This document shows positions 41,301-51,400 of a DNA stretch of 64,000 nt, one piece after another. The notes under the pieces are model-generated. The model was not told where the DNA came from. It did not search any database and was given only the letters and a program-made list of their open reading frames with translations. The translations under genes were made by a program, and so were the position numbers. The stretch is taken from positions 480,001-544,000 of the forward strand of contig OZ253555.1 of assembly GCA_965262725.1 (NCBI GenBank), read 5' to 3'. This DNA is from Dehalococcoidia bacterium (GTDB lineage Bacteria > Chloroflexota > Dehalococcoidia > UBA2979). Numbering within the stretch: the stretch's first letter is position 1; the number at the start of each line of letters is the position of its first letter.

Positions 41301-43067
41301 CGCGACGGGCGCACCGATAGCTGCGCCCGCGGGCGTGTTTTCCGGTACGGCGCGCTCGCCGCTCTCGCCGGGCGGGAACGTCGGCGCCTCGTTCACGTCG
41401 GTCACGGTGATGGTCACGGGCAGCTCGCTGGCCCTGCTCCCGTCGAAGGCGCGCACGATGACTCGATAGACGTTGTCTCCGTCGGCGTCCGCCGGGAGCT
41501 CATAGTCCAGGATCTCCGCCGTCAGCAGCTGACCGGACGCCGGGACGATGTCGAAGAGCGCGGCATCGCTCCCCACCAGGCTGTAGGTCAGCGTGTCGTC
41601 GTCGGGGTCCGTGGCCGTGACCGGCGCACCGAGGGTCGCACGCGGCCCCGTGTTCTCCACCACCGAACGCGCCGCGGCGCCACCGAACGCCGGCACGCGG
41701 TTCTCGCCGACCCTGAGTATCCGGTCCCCGCCGCCGCCGTTCGACGTGGTGACATAGAGCGCTCCGTCGGGGCCCATCATCGGGGTCCGGAGCCGGCCGT
41801 ATGTCCCGTCGAGTTGCGGTACGACGACCTGGCTCACGAGGGCCCCCTCCGGGGTGAATTCGAAGAGGCGCAGCTTCTGATCCCGCAGCGTGGCCACCGC
41901 CAGACGCCCCTCCCAGATCCCCCAGTGGGCGCCCTCAAGGAAGATGCCGCCGCTGGTGGCAACGGTGGAATTCCCGGACGACCATCTGGCCTGGGCGGCG
42001 CCGGGGAACTTCACGAGGTCGGTCATGGGGACGCTCTGGTTGTAGCCGGGCACCGGATCCCATCCGTAGTTGCCGCCGGCGGCGAGCAGGTTGATCTCGT
42101 CGTCAACCGTCGGTCCGTGCTCCACCGACCACATCTGGCTGGTACCGGGACGGAGCGCCAGGCCCTGCACGTTGCGGTGGCCGTAGGTGTAGATGAGGGG
42201 TGAGGCGGGGAACGGATTCCCCGGTGCCCCGGCGCCCGTCATGGCGTCGACGCGGAGGATCTTCCCGCCGAGCGAGTTCAGGTTCTGGGGAACCGTCCCG
42301 GTTCGCGCGTCGCCGGTCGCGATCCAGAGGTAGCCCCGCGGACCGAAGCGCAGCCGGCAGCCGCCGTGGGTGCTGGCCGTGGGGATGTCTCCAACGAGGG
42401 GGTCGGCCACCCGCGTCGCCACGGCGTAGGCGGCGTCGATGGTCCAGGCGACGACCTGCACTTCCGGACCGGTATGGCTCTGGCAGGTGTAGAAGCGCCG
42501 GTTGGTGGAGAAGCGGGGATCGACGACGATCGCCATCAGCCCGACCTCGCCCCCGACGAACAGGTCGCTGACATCGGCGGAGATGGTCTGGACGGTGCCG
42601 TCGGGGAGGCGGCTGCTCAGCACGCCTGAGCGCTGGGTGAACAACATCGTCCCGTCGGGCGTGAAGGCGATGTCCCACGGGATGGACAGGCCCGAGACGA
42701 GCGTGGTGACGCGGATGTCGGGCGGGGAAGCCTCGAGCGTGGAGGCGCCCTGCGCGCTCTCGCCGGAAGCACTCTCGTCGCGGTAGCCGGTCCGCGTGAC
42801 GCCGTGGTCGGAAGTGGCGCCGGCCTCGGGGTCTCCTCCGGTGATGCCGGCGCCACCGCCGGGCTCTTCCCCGGGCTGTCCCGTCGTCCCCCGCAGCAGT
42901 GGGCTGACCCTGGAGTCGTCCGTGCCGGTCGACGGGCCGGGCGTGTCCGGGGCACCGTCGGCGAGCGCCGGAGCGGCGACCGCGGTGAGCGCGGCGACGA
43001 GCAGCAGCAGGGCGACGCCGACACCCGCACGGCGCCGGGAATGCGAGAGTCGCTCTGTCGCGATCAC
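38316..43067 (-). CDS. Giant secreted protein: PQQ-dependent sugar dehydrogenase (GSDH) domain + cadherin repeats + propeller + paired C-terminal domains
   Basis: Signal peptide from GTG 43067. GSDH motifs PWDIAFTPDG, HGGCRLRFGPRG, GKILR, YGHRNVQG, EHGP..DEIN, NYGW. Cadherin motifs ATDPD, LDYE, TDVNEAP. Confidence 0.85.
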   Translation of the reverse strand: MIATERLSHSRRRAGVGVALLLLVAALTAVAAPALADGAPDTPGPSTGTDDSRVSPLLRGTTGQPGEEPGGGAGITGGDPEAGATSDHGVTRTGYRDESASGESAQGASTLEASPPDIRVTTLVSGLSIPWDIAFTPDGTMLFTQRSGVLSSRLPDGTVQTISADVSDLFVGGEVGLMAIVVDPRFSTNRRFYTCQSHTGPEVQVVAWTIDAAYAVATRVADPLVGDIPTASTHGGCRLRFGPRGYLWIATGDARTGTVPQNLNSLGGKILRVDAMTGAGAPGNPFPASPLIYTYGHRNVQGLALRPGTSQMWSVEHGPTVDDEINLLAAGGNYGWDPVPGYNQSVPMTDLVKFPGAAQARWSSGNSTVATSGGIFLEGAHWGIWEGRLAVATLRDQKLRLFEFTPEGALVSQVVVPQLDGTYGRLRTPMMGPDGALYVTTSNGGGGDRILRVGENRVPAFGGAAARSVVENTGPRATLGAPVTATDPDDDTLTYSLVGSDAALFDIVPASGQLLTAEILDYELPADADGDNVYRVIVRAFDGSRASELPVTITVTDVNEAPTFPPGESGERAVPENTPAGAAIGAPVAAADPDRGDTLTYAVSGAGADPFEIVSTTGQLRTVHPLDYETRTSYSFFVSVSDGTDAGGHPDPATDASIAVTVRVGQVNEAPDIGGAPGITVAEGGGLFAGSFTATDPESDRIGWSLAGSDSGDLTIERGALRLRETPDYENPTDANRDNVYQVTVRASDGTSEDTLAVTVTVTNVDEAGRVLLSSLQPQVDTALTSTLADPDGVSGAITWSWERSLNRTSGWTPIGGATSRTYTPGATDLHHYLRVAASYGDREGSGKSADRVSESVRAVPVSNSAPAFPPTETRGRSVPENTPPDRDIGARVEATDPGDTLTYRLGGADAASFGIDERTGQLWTRAPLNHESRNHHTVSVTATDPSLASATIAVTITVTDVNEAPEFPSTESGVRAVPKTAEPGAHVGAPVAATDPDAGDTLVYTLSGTDAASFGIDAGTGQIVVGAGVVLDPAIRPSYAVSVTARDPSGDSDGIDVTITTGEQATAPRIAIGGGGGGGPSGPSPSILDFEWNVTRDIEELDPDNDEPTGSWSDGATLWIAENGQGADDAIYAYDVTSGERVEDREFELDETNLAPRGVWSDRSTIWISDSGQEKLFAHDLESGERTAEYALDSSNDAPHGIWSDGVTVWVSDHITKWLHAYRLPARPAAPVAEDAEPTPLERISGEEFRKLSRASNNSPRGLWSDGDVMYVADASDGRVYSYNMPDAADARLASLSLSGVDFGEFSPLRYDYASDTIPDGNIATLTAAPAQPGASVGIDPPDHDGDPENGYHVRLLPGREITITVTSPDGTRTRVYRLILGEEEAAGPAPVCLRGEVAVGFSFLTYAGGSVEDLVPCAAGRQVTALYATHDGAVVPYILGAPDFVNRSFRELYAGGLPADTPLLARSDGPSSPDTGGGRPRDEGGAEPRPECLHGVVAAGFSLVLYEGGSAAELVVCAEGRHVAALYALDDGAFVPLILGAPDFVNRSFRELYPDGLPAATPLLAKSDGPPEAGTDGGGDR

Positions 43068-44482
43068 CCCGGCTGCTCCAGCTCCGATACTCGCCCGATA
43101 CAGAGAAGCGCCCCCGTCGCCCGGTCCCGCACCAGGAAGATGAAGCGCGGGCCAACGGTCAGCGTATCCCCACCGCGCCCCCGCAGCGGGTCGCGAACGA
43201 GTCAGGCGCCGATAGAGCCGGTGCCGCCGGTCATGAAGTGACACATCACATCTGCGGACGCAGTTCCGGGTGCTTGAGACCCGTACCTGTGTTGAACAGC
43301 ACGATCCGCTCCTCGGGCTGGATCGTTCCTCCCGCTATCAGCAGTTCGAGCCCGACGAGCGTCGATGCGCCCTCGGGGCAGGCGTCGATCCCCTCGGTGC
43401 GGCCGAAGCGGCGCATCGCGGGCACGATCGACTCGTCGGGGATGGCGACTGCTGCGCCACCGCTCTCGCGCAGGGTGCGCAGGATCAGGTCGTCGGCGAA
43501 GGGGCGGGCACACGAATGCCGGGCGCCACCGTCGCCGCGTTGTCCCACGGCTCGGCGCGCTCGTCGCCCCTGTCCCAGGCGCGCACGATCGGTGCGCAGC
43601 CGTCGGACTGCACAACGCACATGCGAGGCCGGTCGGTGCCGATCAGCCCCATCGTCTCCAGTTCCTCGAACGCCTTCCACATCCCGATCAGCCCGGTCCC
43701 ACCGCCGGTCGGATAGAGCACCACGTCCGGCAGCTCGCCATCGAGTTGCTCCCAGAGCTCGTAACCCATCGTCTTCTTGCCCTCGGTGCGGTACGGCTCC
43801 CTGAGCGTCGACATCTCGAACCAGCCGTGCTCGCGGCAGCCCTCGGCGATGAGTCGCCCGGCGTCGTTGATCAGCCCGTCGACAAGCTGGAGATCGGCGC
43901 CAAGGTTCAGCACCTCCCGGATGATCGCCGCCGGGGTGTCGACAGGCATCGCGACGTGGGCGGTCATGCCGCTATGGGCCGCGTAGGCAGCGGCGGCGGC
44001 GCCGGCGTTGCCCGCGGTCGGTATGCCGATGTCGGTCACGCCGAGGCGCCTCGCCATCGCCATCGCGGCGGCGAGGCCGCGCGCCTTGAACGATCCGGTC
44101 GGGTTACCGCCCTCGTCCTTTACCAGCAGATCGCTGCAACCGAGTTCCGCACCGAGCCGCGGCGCGGCAAGGAGCGGAGTCATGCCCTCGCCGAGGGACA
44201 CCAAGCCCACCAGCTCGCTGGCAGGCAGTACCTCGGCGTAGCGCCACATCGAGGCCTCGCGCCCGCCCAGGGCCTCGCGTGTGAGCGTCTCCCTCGCGCC
44301 GTCGAGGTCGTAGCGCGCGAACAGAGCGCGGCCACACTGGCGACAGATCGTCTGCAGCTCGTCGCACTCGCAACGCGCGCCGCAGATGTCGATCGCCAGG
44401 GTCATTGATCCACGCGTCGCCACGGTCATTAGACCACCCGGGACGCCGGTAGGCGGCTTGATATCAGTGAGCGTCTAGCGCG

Positions 44483-45256
44483 TCAATCACCTCCCGTCTG
44501 CGCCTCGAGCAGGGCGCGGTGCGGCGAGAGCCGCTGGCGGTAGCTATCGCCCTCGATCACGATCTGGTAGCTGGCGTTGGCGAGCCGGTCGAGGGCGCTG
44601 TTGCCGAGGATCGGGTCGTCGAAGAGACCCAGCCATTCCTCCACGGCGCGGTTCGAGGTGATGACGAAGCTGGAGCTGCGGTGGCGCCCGATGACCAGCT
44701 CGTAGAGGTCGATGGACTGCTGCGCGCTGAGGCGATGGAGCCCGAGGTCGTCGAGGATGAGCAGGTCGGGCGCGAGGAAGCTTCGGAAGACCTTCTCGGC
44801 CGAGTGGTCGACGCGGGCCTGCGCCATCTCGCGGAAGTAGTGGTCGGCCGGGGCGAAGCGCACGGTGCGTCCGGAGCGGACGGCTGAGTAGCCGAGCGCC
44901 TGGGCCAGGAAGCTCTTGCCGACGCCGACGGGGCCGACGAGCAGGACGTGCTCGCGGCGATCGAGGAAGTGCAGCGAGAAGGCGGCGTCGAGCAGGCGGC
45001 GGTCGAGCCGGATGGCGGCCGCCCAGTCGAAGTCCTCGAGGCGGCAGAGCTGCTCGAAGCCGGCCTGGCGCAGGCGCAGCTCCAACCGCCCGTGGTCGCG
45101 GCGGCTCACCTCGTCGACGAGCAGGATCTGCAGGAAGTCCGCGTAGTCGAGGTGGTCGCGCCGCGCGAGGGCGATGCGCTCGGGCAGGGTGTCGAGCATA
45201 CGGCCGAGCTTGAGGCGCTTGAGCAGCGGACGGAGGTCTGAGGTGGTGGCGGTCAT
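44483..45256 (-). CDS. istB: IS21 helper ATPase
   Basis: LEDFDW, GPVGVGKS (Walker A), LLILDDLG, ITSNR, LDRL. Confidence 0.93.
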   Translation of the reverse strand: MTATTSDLRPLLKRLKLGRMLDTLPERIALARRDHLDYADFLQILLVDEVSRRDHGRLELRLRQAGFEQLCRLEDFDWAAAIRLDRRLLDAAFSLHFLDRREHVLLVGPVGVGKSFLAQALGYSAVRSGRTVRFAPADHYFREMAQARVDHSAEKVFRSFLAPDLLILDDLGLHRLSAQQSIDLYELVIGRHRSSSFVITSNRAVEEWLGLFDDPILGNSALDRLANASYQIVIEGDSYRQRLSPHRALLEAQTGGD

Positions 45257-46833
45257 CGTGGTGCTCCTGTCGGGGTCTGCGTGCGGGACTGTGCGAAGAC
45301 GGAGCCCGAGTGGGCGAAGCGCCCCGGAGGTGGCGGCAGCTCGGGCTGGTCTGGGGTGCTCTCCTGGTCGAGGGCCTCGACGAGGATGCGCTCGAGGCGG
45401 CGCACGTCGATGAGGTCGACCTCGAGCGCGCGGCGGCAGGCGGCGTCGAGGCGGTCGGGGGAGTAGCGCTCGGCGAGCCGGAGGAGCTTGTGGCCCTGCC
45501 GCAGCTTCGCCCAGGGCAGGGAGCCCTCGAAGAGACGCTCGGCGTAGGCGCCCACGGCCTCCCCCAGCTCGGCGGCGCGGCGCTGTATCCAGTCGGGCGC
45601 CCGCCTGGTGTAGGGGGTGAGCTCGGCCGGGTAGTCGTTCGGGTCGGTGGCCCGGCCGCCCCGGCGCTGGCGCGGGTGGACCTTGATGAGCTGACCGCGG
45701 TGGTAGATGCGCACCAGCTTCGAGCCGAGCTGCACCTCGACCTTCTGGCGGGGCGGGCAGGCCGTGGACGGCACCGAGTACAGCGCGTACTGGCAGGCGA
45801 TGTGGTGGTCGGGATGGACCGTGGCGGTCCGCCAGTCGGGGACCTCGTAGGGCTCGCCGTCCCACGGAGCGAGCAGAGGGAGCTCCTCCTCCCGGAAGAC
45901 CTCGAGCGGCCGGCGGCGGGTCGTGCCGTGGATGCGCTGCCCCGCCACCTCGAGGCACCAGCTGCGGGCGGCGGAGCGCAGGTCGACGATGTCCCGGAAG
46001 TCGCCGCCCTTGAAGAGGCGCTCGCGCACGTAGGGGATGCTGCGCTCGACGCGCGGCTTGTCGCGGGGATGACGTACGCGCGCCGGGTCGGTGATGAAGC
46101 CTCTGTGGCGGGCGTACTCGAGGAAGCCCCGGGTGAGGCGCGGGTGGAGCGCGTCGGCCCCGGCCACGGCGGCCGGGAAGTTATCGATGACGAGGTAGCG
46201 GGGCACGCCCCCGAAGAAGGACCAGGCCTCCTCCAGGCCCTCGATCACGGCGTCCAGCGTCTGGCTGGTGGTGGGCCACACAAAGCAGTGGCGTGAGTAG
46301 CGCCAGACGACGACCAGCGCCCACACCGCGCGCCGGCGGCCGCTCTCGGGGTCCCGGATGAAGCCGAGGCGGCCGAAGTCCATCTCCGCCACCTCGCCCG
46401 GCGGCCCGTCGTCCATGCGCACGGTCGACGGCAGCCGGTGGCGCCAGCCGCGGCGCCGGATGAAACGCCGCAGCGTGGTGTAGGAGACCTCGCAGCCTCG
46501 TCCGGCGAGGAGCTCCTGGATGCGCGTCAGTTGCAGGCGGTCGGTCTCAAGCCAGCGCTCGATCTGCTCCGCCCAGGGCGAGAGCAGCTCCTCGCTCGGC
46601 GCCTCGACCTGCCGCGGGCCGGAGAGGCTCAGCGTCGCCAGCGCGGCGAGCTGCTCCTCACTCGGCTCGGGACCGCCCGGCGTGAGGCCGGCCGCCTCGG
46701 CCGCCTCGACGTAGCGGCGCACCGTCACGCGCGATAGCCCCGTGCCGCTGGCGATGCGGCGCTGGCTGAGCCCCGCCTGCCAGCGTCGAATGATCTCCTG
46801 GATCTCCACCCCGTGTACCTCCCGGTAGGCCAT
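45253..46833 (-). CDS. istA: IS21 transposase
   Basis: N-terminal HTH (SQRRIA...SRVTVRRY), PGEVAEMDFG, FGGVP..LVIDN, KPRVER, HGTT. Confidence 0.93.
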   Translation of the reverse strand: MAYREVHGVEIQEIIRRWQAGLSQRRIASGTGLSRVTVRRYVEAAEAAGLTPGGPEPSEEQLAALATLSLSGPRQVEAPSEELLSPWAEQIERWLETDRLQLTRIQELLAGRGCEVSYTTLRRFIRRRGWRHRLPSTVRMDDGPPGEVAEMDFGRLGFIRDPESGRRRAVWALVVVWRYSRHCFVWPTTSQTLDAVIEGLEEAWSFFGGVPRYLVIDNFPAAVAGADALHPRLTRGFLEYARHRGFITDPARVRHPRDKPRVERSIPYVRERLFKGGDFRDIVDLRSAARSWCLEVAGQRIHGTTRRRPLEVFREEELPLLAPWDGEPYEVPDWRTATVHPDHHIACQYALYSVPSTACPPRQKVEVQLGSKLVRIYHRGQLIKVHPRQRRGGRATDPNDYPAELTPYTRRAPDWIQRRAAELGEAVGAYAERLFEGSLPWAKLRQGHKLLRLAERYSPDRLDAACRRALEVDLIDVRRLERILVEALDQESTPDQPELPPPPGRFAHSGSVFAQSRTQTPTGAPR

Positions 46834-47572
46834 CGCTGCTCCCTCCGCTGGGGATGCAGGCGATGGTGGCCGTACCGGCGACCCGGGCGGGCAGGAGTCC
46901 CTGACGGGGTGGATCAATGACCCTGGCGAAGTGGATCAATGACCCTGGCGATCTGGCGATTTCGTGGTCTATAGACCTTGGCGATTCACACCGCAGATCG
47001 AGCACTCGAGGTGCGTGAGCGTGGATGCTGGCAGCTTTGTCAGCGTCTCAACCTCCAGGCGGCGGCGGTGCTCGGGCGCGCGCGAGGTGAGGCCCCCACG
47101 TCGGTTGTTGAACGCGAGCGGCTCCGCGGTCCGCATCTCCACATCGGCGCATAGAATCGCAGCACGGCCGACTTCCGCCTGCACAGGACGGTTGGGCGAG
47201 TATGGTGCCACGAATCCGCCCGGCTCTGCGCCTGCGGCTCCCGGTCCTCCTCGGCGCCGGTGCACTCCTGAGGGTCGGCCTGTCACGCGGAGTCGGGACG
47301 TCGGGGGCGTCATCATCACGCACCCGTTCGACCCAGCTGCGACTCAGCAGGGTGGGCTCGGCTGCGGTTCCGGCGACGCAGGGCTGGCGCGGCGAGTTGC
47401 GGCGACATCGGTCGCTTCGCGCCCGCCGCGCCAGCCGTCGCCCTCGGCGGTTGCCATTGGCGAGGTGGGCCGCAGGATGCACAGATGGACCGGTACACTG
47501 ACCGGACGACCCGGCGTCGACTGCGACAGCCCGGTCGAGGCCGGCTCCCCCGATGCGAGTGAGGATCGGAGC

Positions 47573-48430
47573 GTGACCCTGCCGTTCGGCACAGCCAGCG
47601 AGCGAGGCCCGGCGACGCGATGGGCCGCCGGAGCAGTGCCCGGGCTCCTGGGCGCGGTGTTGTTCCTCGCAAGCTGCAGCTCGACCGAGCCGGCCGGCGC
47701 GCCGGCACCGGCCCCTCCACGAGCCGCCACCACCACTGCGAGCGCTCAGCCGGCGATCGTGCCCGCTCGCGCGCCGTCTGGCGCCGCCCCCCTCGCGAGC
47801 CCGCCACCCACCACCGCTGCGCCTGCCCTGTCGCCGACGCCGCAGCCCGGGGCAGGTTCAGCACCCGGGGGATCGCAGTCGCTCGGGCGGGATGATGGTT
47901 CGGCCGTCGAGCCGGGGGCCGGAGGCACCAAGTCCGGCGACGCCCGGCAGGTGAAGGGCGACTCGGCCTCCACGCCCGCCACGGGGACCGTCTACACCTG
48001 GCAGGACGGCGACCGCACCGAGCGGGTGCTGCTGCAGGCCGACCTCGTCCTGCAGAGCAATGAGGAGAACCGGAACGATGATGAGGTCGTCACCCGCGGC
48101 GACACCGCGAGCGTCGTTCGCGCGCAGCCCCGGCATGATGAGGCCGACACCGATCCCGTCTTCCGCTCGCCGGCCGGCGACCTGATGACGCTGCCCGGCG
48201 GGGTGCTGCTCGCCCTCGACGCCGGCTGGGACCAGGCGAGGGTGGACCGCTTCTTCTCGGACAACGACATCGACCGGAGCCGCGTGGAGGGGCGGGACTT
48301 CGCCGTCAACGCCTTCTTCGTGACGACTCAGCCCGGATTCCCCTCGCTCACCCTGGCCAACGAACTCGCCGCACAGGACGGCGTGTTGATCTCCAGCCCG
48401 AACTGGCGAACGGAAGCCGTTCTCCGGTGA
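47573..48430 (+). CDS. Lipoprotein; putative stand-alone propeptide/chaperone of the downstream S8 protease
   Basis: Lipobox LASC, P/T/A linker, C-terminal PVFRS..G..MTLPGGVLL...SLTLANELAAQDGVLISSPNW; stop overlaps the protease start (GTGA). Confidence 0.65.
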   Translation: MTLPFGTASERGPATRWAAGAVPGLLGAVLFLASCSSTEPAGAPAPAPPRAATTTASAQPAIVPARAPSGAAPLASPPPTTAAPALSPTPQPGAGSAPGGSQSLGRDDGSAVEPGAGGTKSGDARQVKGDSASTPATGTVYTWQDGDRTERVLLQADLVLQSNEENRNDDEVVTRGDTASVVRAQPRHDEADTDPVFRSPAGDLMTLPGGVLLALDAGWDQARVDRFFSDNDIDRSRVEGRDFAVNAFFVTTQPGFPSLTLANELAAQDGVLISSPNWRTEAVLR

Positions 48431-51400
48431 GCCGTCGGTCGCTGCTCGCGGCCCTCGCCGCGCTGTGTCTCATGGTCGGGGCGGGGCATGTGGAGGCGAG
48501 CACGCCCGGCGCGCCCACGGTCGGCACCATCACCGCCACCACCAACTCGCTCACCGTGCCGTGGACCGCGCCCTCGGACAATGGTGGTTCGGTGATCGTC
48601 GCCTACGACCTGCGCTACATCCGCACCGACGCGACGCCTGCGCGCAAGGCGGACGACGCCAACTGGACCGTCGAGGAGGTCTGGACGACGGGCGGCGGCA
48701 GCCTCGAGACCGAGGTGAAGGATCTCTCCGACGGCGTGGAGTTCGACGTGCAGGTGCGCGCCGACAACCAGAACGGCGACATCGGCGAGTGGTCGCAGAC
48801 CGCCACCGGCACCACCACCGACCACGGCGACAGCACCTCCTCGGCGACATCACTCACGCTGGGCGGCTCGGTGATCGGGCGGATCGAGCCCGCAAACGAC
48901 GCGGACGTGTTCCAGATCGTCCTCACGAGCGCCGCCGACCTCTGGGTCTACGCCGACGGCGAGCTCGACTCGGTGGGCGAGCTGCTGGACTCGAGAGGCT
49001 CGCTCATCACGCGGGACCCCCGGAACGACCGGCTCGGTCCGCGAGACGGGTTCAGCCTCCGGCGGGAGGTCGAGTCGGGAACCTACTACGTTCGCGTCAT
49101 CAGCTACCGGGGCTTCGCCTCAGGCTCGTACACCATCCACGCCCGCGCCGCGATCGACCCCGGCGACAGCGCGGCCACGGCGACGACCGTCACGCTCGAC
49201 TCGGTGACGCCCGGACGCATCGACGCCCGGTCGGACGAGGACTACTTCAAGCTGGTCCTCGGCAGCGCCGCCGAGATCTGGGTCATGGCCGCCGGCGACC
49301 TGGACACCTACGGCGAGCTGCTCCGCGAGAACGAGACTGTCCTGGCCGAGAACGATGACGGTGGGCTGTCGGGCAACAGCCTGGGATTCGTGCTGAGTCG
49401 GGAGCTGGCGGCGGGAACCTACTACATCCGCGTCAGCGGCGTCGGCTTCGAGCCGACCGGAACCTACGCGCTGCATGTGCGGACGGTCGTCGATCCCGGC
49501 GGCGACGCGGCTACCGCGGCGCCGCTCACCCTCGGCGCGCCCGAAAGCGGCCGAATCTCCTCGTCGAGTGACGAGGACTTCTTCAGCCTCACGCTGGCAG
49601 AGGACACCTACGTCTTTGTCTACGCCCTGACCCTCGGTAGCGCGCTGCCGCTCACGGCGACGGTCCTCGACGGGACGGATACTCCCGTGTCCCTGACGCA
49701 GGTCATTCCCCACTCGACCTGGGCCGCCAACGGCAAAGAGGAGGTGAGCGTCTCGCTCTGGGGGAAGCTGGACGCCGGGACGTACCACATTCAGGTGCGG
49801 CGCTCCGGCAGCAGGAACGGGGCCTACCTCCTCCACGCCCTCGCCTCGCCCTACAACCAGGCGCTTGCGCGGTGCACCGCTCTGACCACGCCGGAGAGCG
49901 ACCCCTGGTACGGATGCCAGTGGCACCTCGGCAACACCGGCCAGTTCCCCGGCGGCGCCGGGCACGACATCAACGTCGAGAGCGTCTGGGCGGGAGGAAA
50001 CAAGGGCTCGGGCGTGAACATCGCCCTCGTCGACGACGGCCTCCAGAGCGACCACGTCGACCTGAGCGCGAACGTCATCGCCGCACGCAACCGCGACTAT
50101 CAGGGCAACAACAACGTCTTCGATCCGCTCGACACCCACGGCACGGCCGTCGCCGGCCTCATCGCCGCGCCGGAGAATGACATCGGCGTGCGGGGCGTGG
50201 CCCCCGAGGCACGCATCTACGCCTACAACCTGATCACCCACGAGACGTCCACCTCTGACCATTTGCAAGACGCCATGACGCGCCATCTGCAGGACACGGC
50301 CGTCTCCAACAACAGCTGGGGCTTTGTCACGACCGGCCTCCCTCGGGGCTCAGGTACGGTCTGGGAGAGTGCGGTCGAGCGGGGAGTGACGGAGGGGTTC
50401 GGAGGCAAGGGCATCGTCTACGTCTGGGCAGCCGGCAACGGGCACCCGGAGAACGGCAACTCCAACTTCGACGGCCTCGCGAACTTCTACGCGGTCACAG
50501 CCGCCTGCGCGGTCGGCTACGACGACCGCCGGAGCGCGTACTCCGAGATGGGCGCCAACCTCTGGATCTGCGCGCCCTCCAACAGCGGTCGCTACGGCCT
50601 GCCGCGGATTGCGACGACCCACCAGGTCGACCGCTACCGCGAGGACTTCGGCGGCACCTCGGCAGCCACGCCCATCGTCTCGGGCGTGGTTGCCCTCATG
50701 CGCGCCGCCAACGCGGACCTCACGTGGCGCGACGTCAAGCTCATCCTCGCCGCGTCCGCGCGCCAGAACGACTCCGGGAACGGCGGGTGGGAGCAGGGCG
50801 CGCTCCGGTACGGCTCGACGACCGACCGCTACTCGTTCAATCACGAGTACGGCTTCGGCATGGTCGACGCCGCAGCCGCCGTCGCCCTCGCCGACGGCTG
50901 GACGATCGTCCCGAAGCTACGGGAATCCGGGGCCGAGTCGGGAGACATCGGACTCGCGATTCCCGACGCACCCGACGTGGGCGCACCCACCGCCCTGACC
51001 GACAGCCTGACGCTCGACTCCCATGTCGCATTCGTCGAGTTCATGGAGATCGAGATCACCCTGGAACACAACTGGTTCCGCGATCTCCAGATCGAGCTCG
51101 TGTCGCCGGCCGGCGCCGTCTCCGTGCTCTCCGTGCCCGCCCTCTCCGTCCTCCTGAGGGGGTCGTTCGACGGCAGCCATCGCTTCGGGTCGGCCAGGCA
51201 CCTGGGCGAGAAGGCCGAGGGAACCTGGACGCTGCGCGTCACGGACACCCTCCACGACGATACGGGCACGCTCACGTCGTGGAAGCTCACGGCCTACGGC
51301 CACGGGTACGTCCCGATCTCCCCCGACATCGATGAGGTGGTCGAGGGCCCCGGTTCCCTCACCATCACCTGGAAGGAGCCCGAGGATGTCGGCGCGTCCG

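Larger units (their letters stand above)
44387..46990 (-). mobile_element. Complete IS21-family insertion sequence (2604 bp)
   Basis: TG...CA ends; CCGCAGA direct repeat at 44380-86 and 46991-97; subterminal 21-bp TCGCCAGGGTCATTGATCCAC-like repeats (two at one end, three at the other); istA-istB. Confidence 0.95.
43246..47043 (-). pseudogene. thrC: Threonine synthase, interrupted by IS21 and with a 1-nt frameshift near 43501
   Basis: N-terminus LTHLECSICG (47043-46991) joins ARCECDELQTICRQCG once the IS is removed. GEGMTP, KDEGGNPTGSFKARG, TAGNAG, EGKKT, FNTGTGLK. One extra base in the G4 run restores PAPFADDLI. Confidence 0.9.

Noticed and set aside
44387-44429. MTVATRGSMTLAID as the threonine synthase N-terminus
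   Set aside because: It is encoded by the IS end; the true N-terminus lies at 46991-47043.
46909-46984. 21-bp direct repeats as CRISPR or iterons
   Set aside because: They are IS21 subterminal transposase-binding repeats, mirrored in inverted orientation at 44393-44437.
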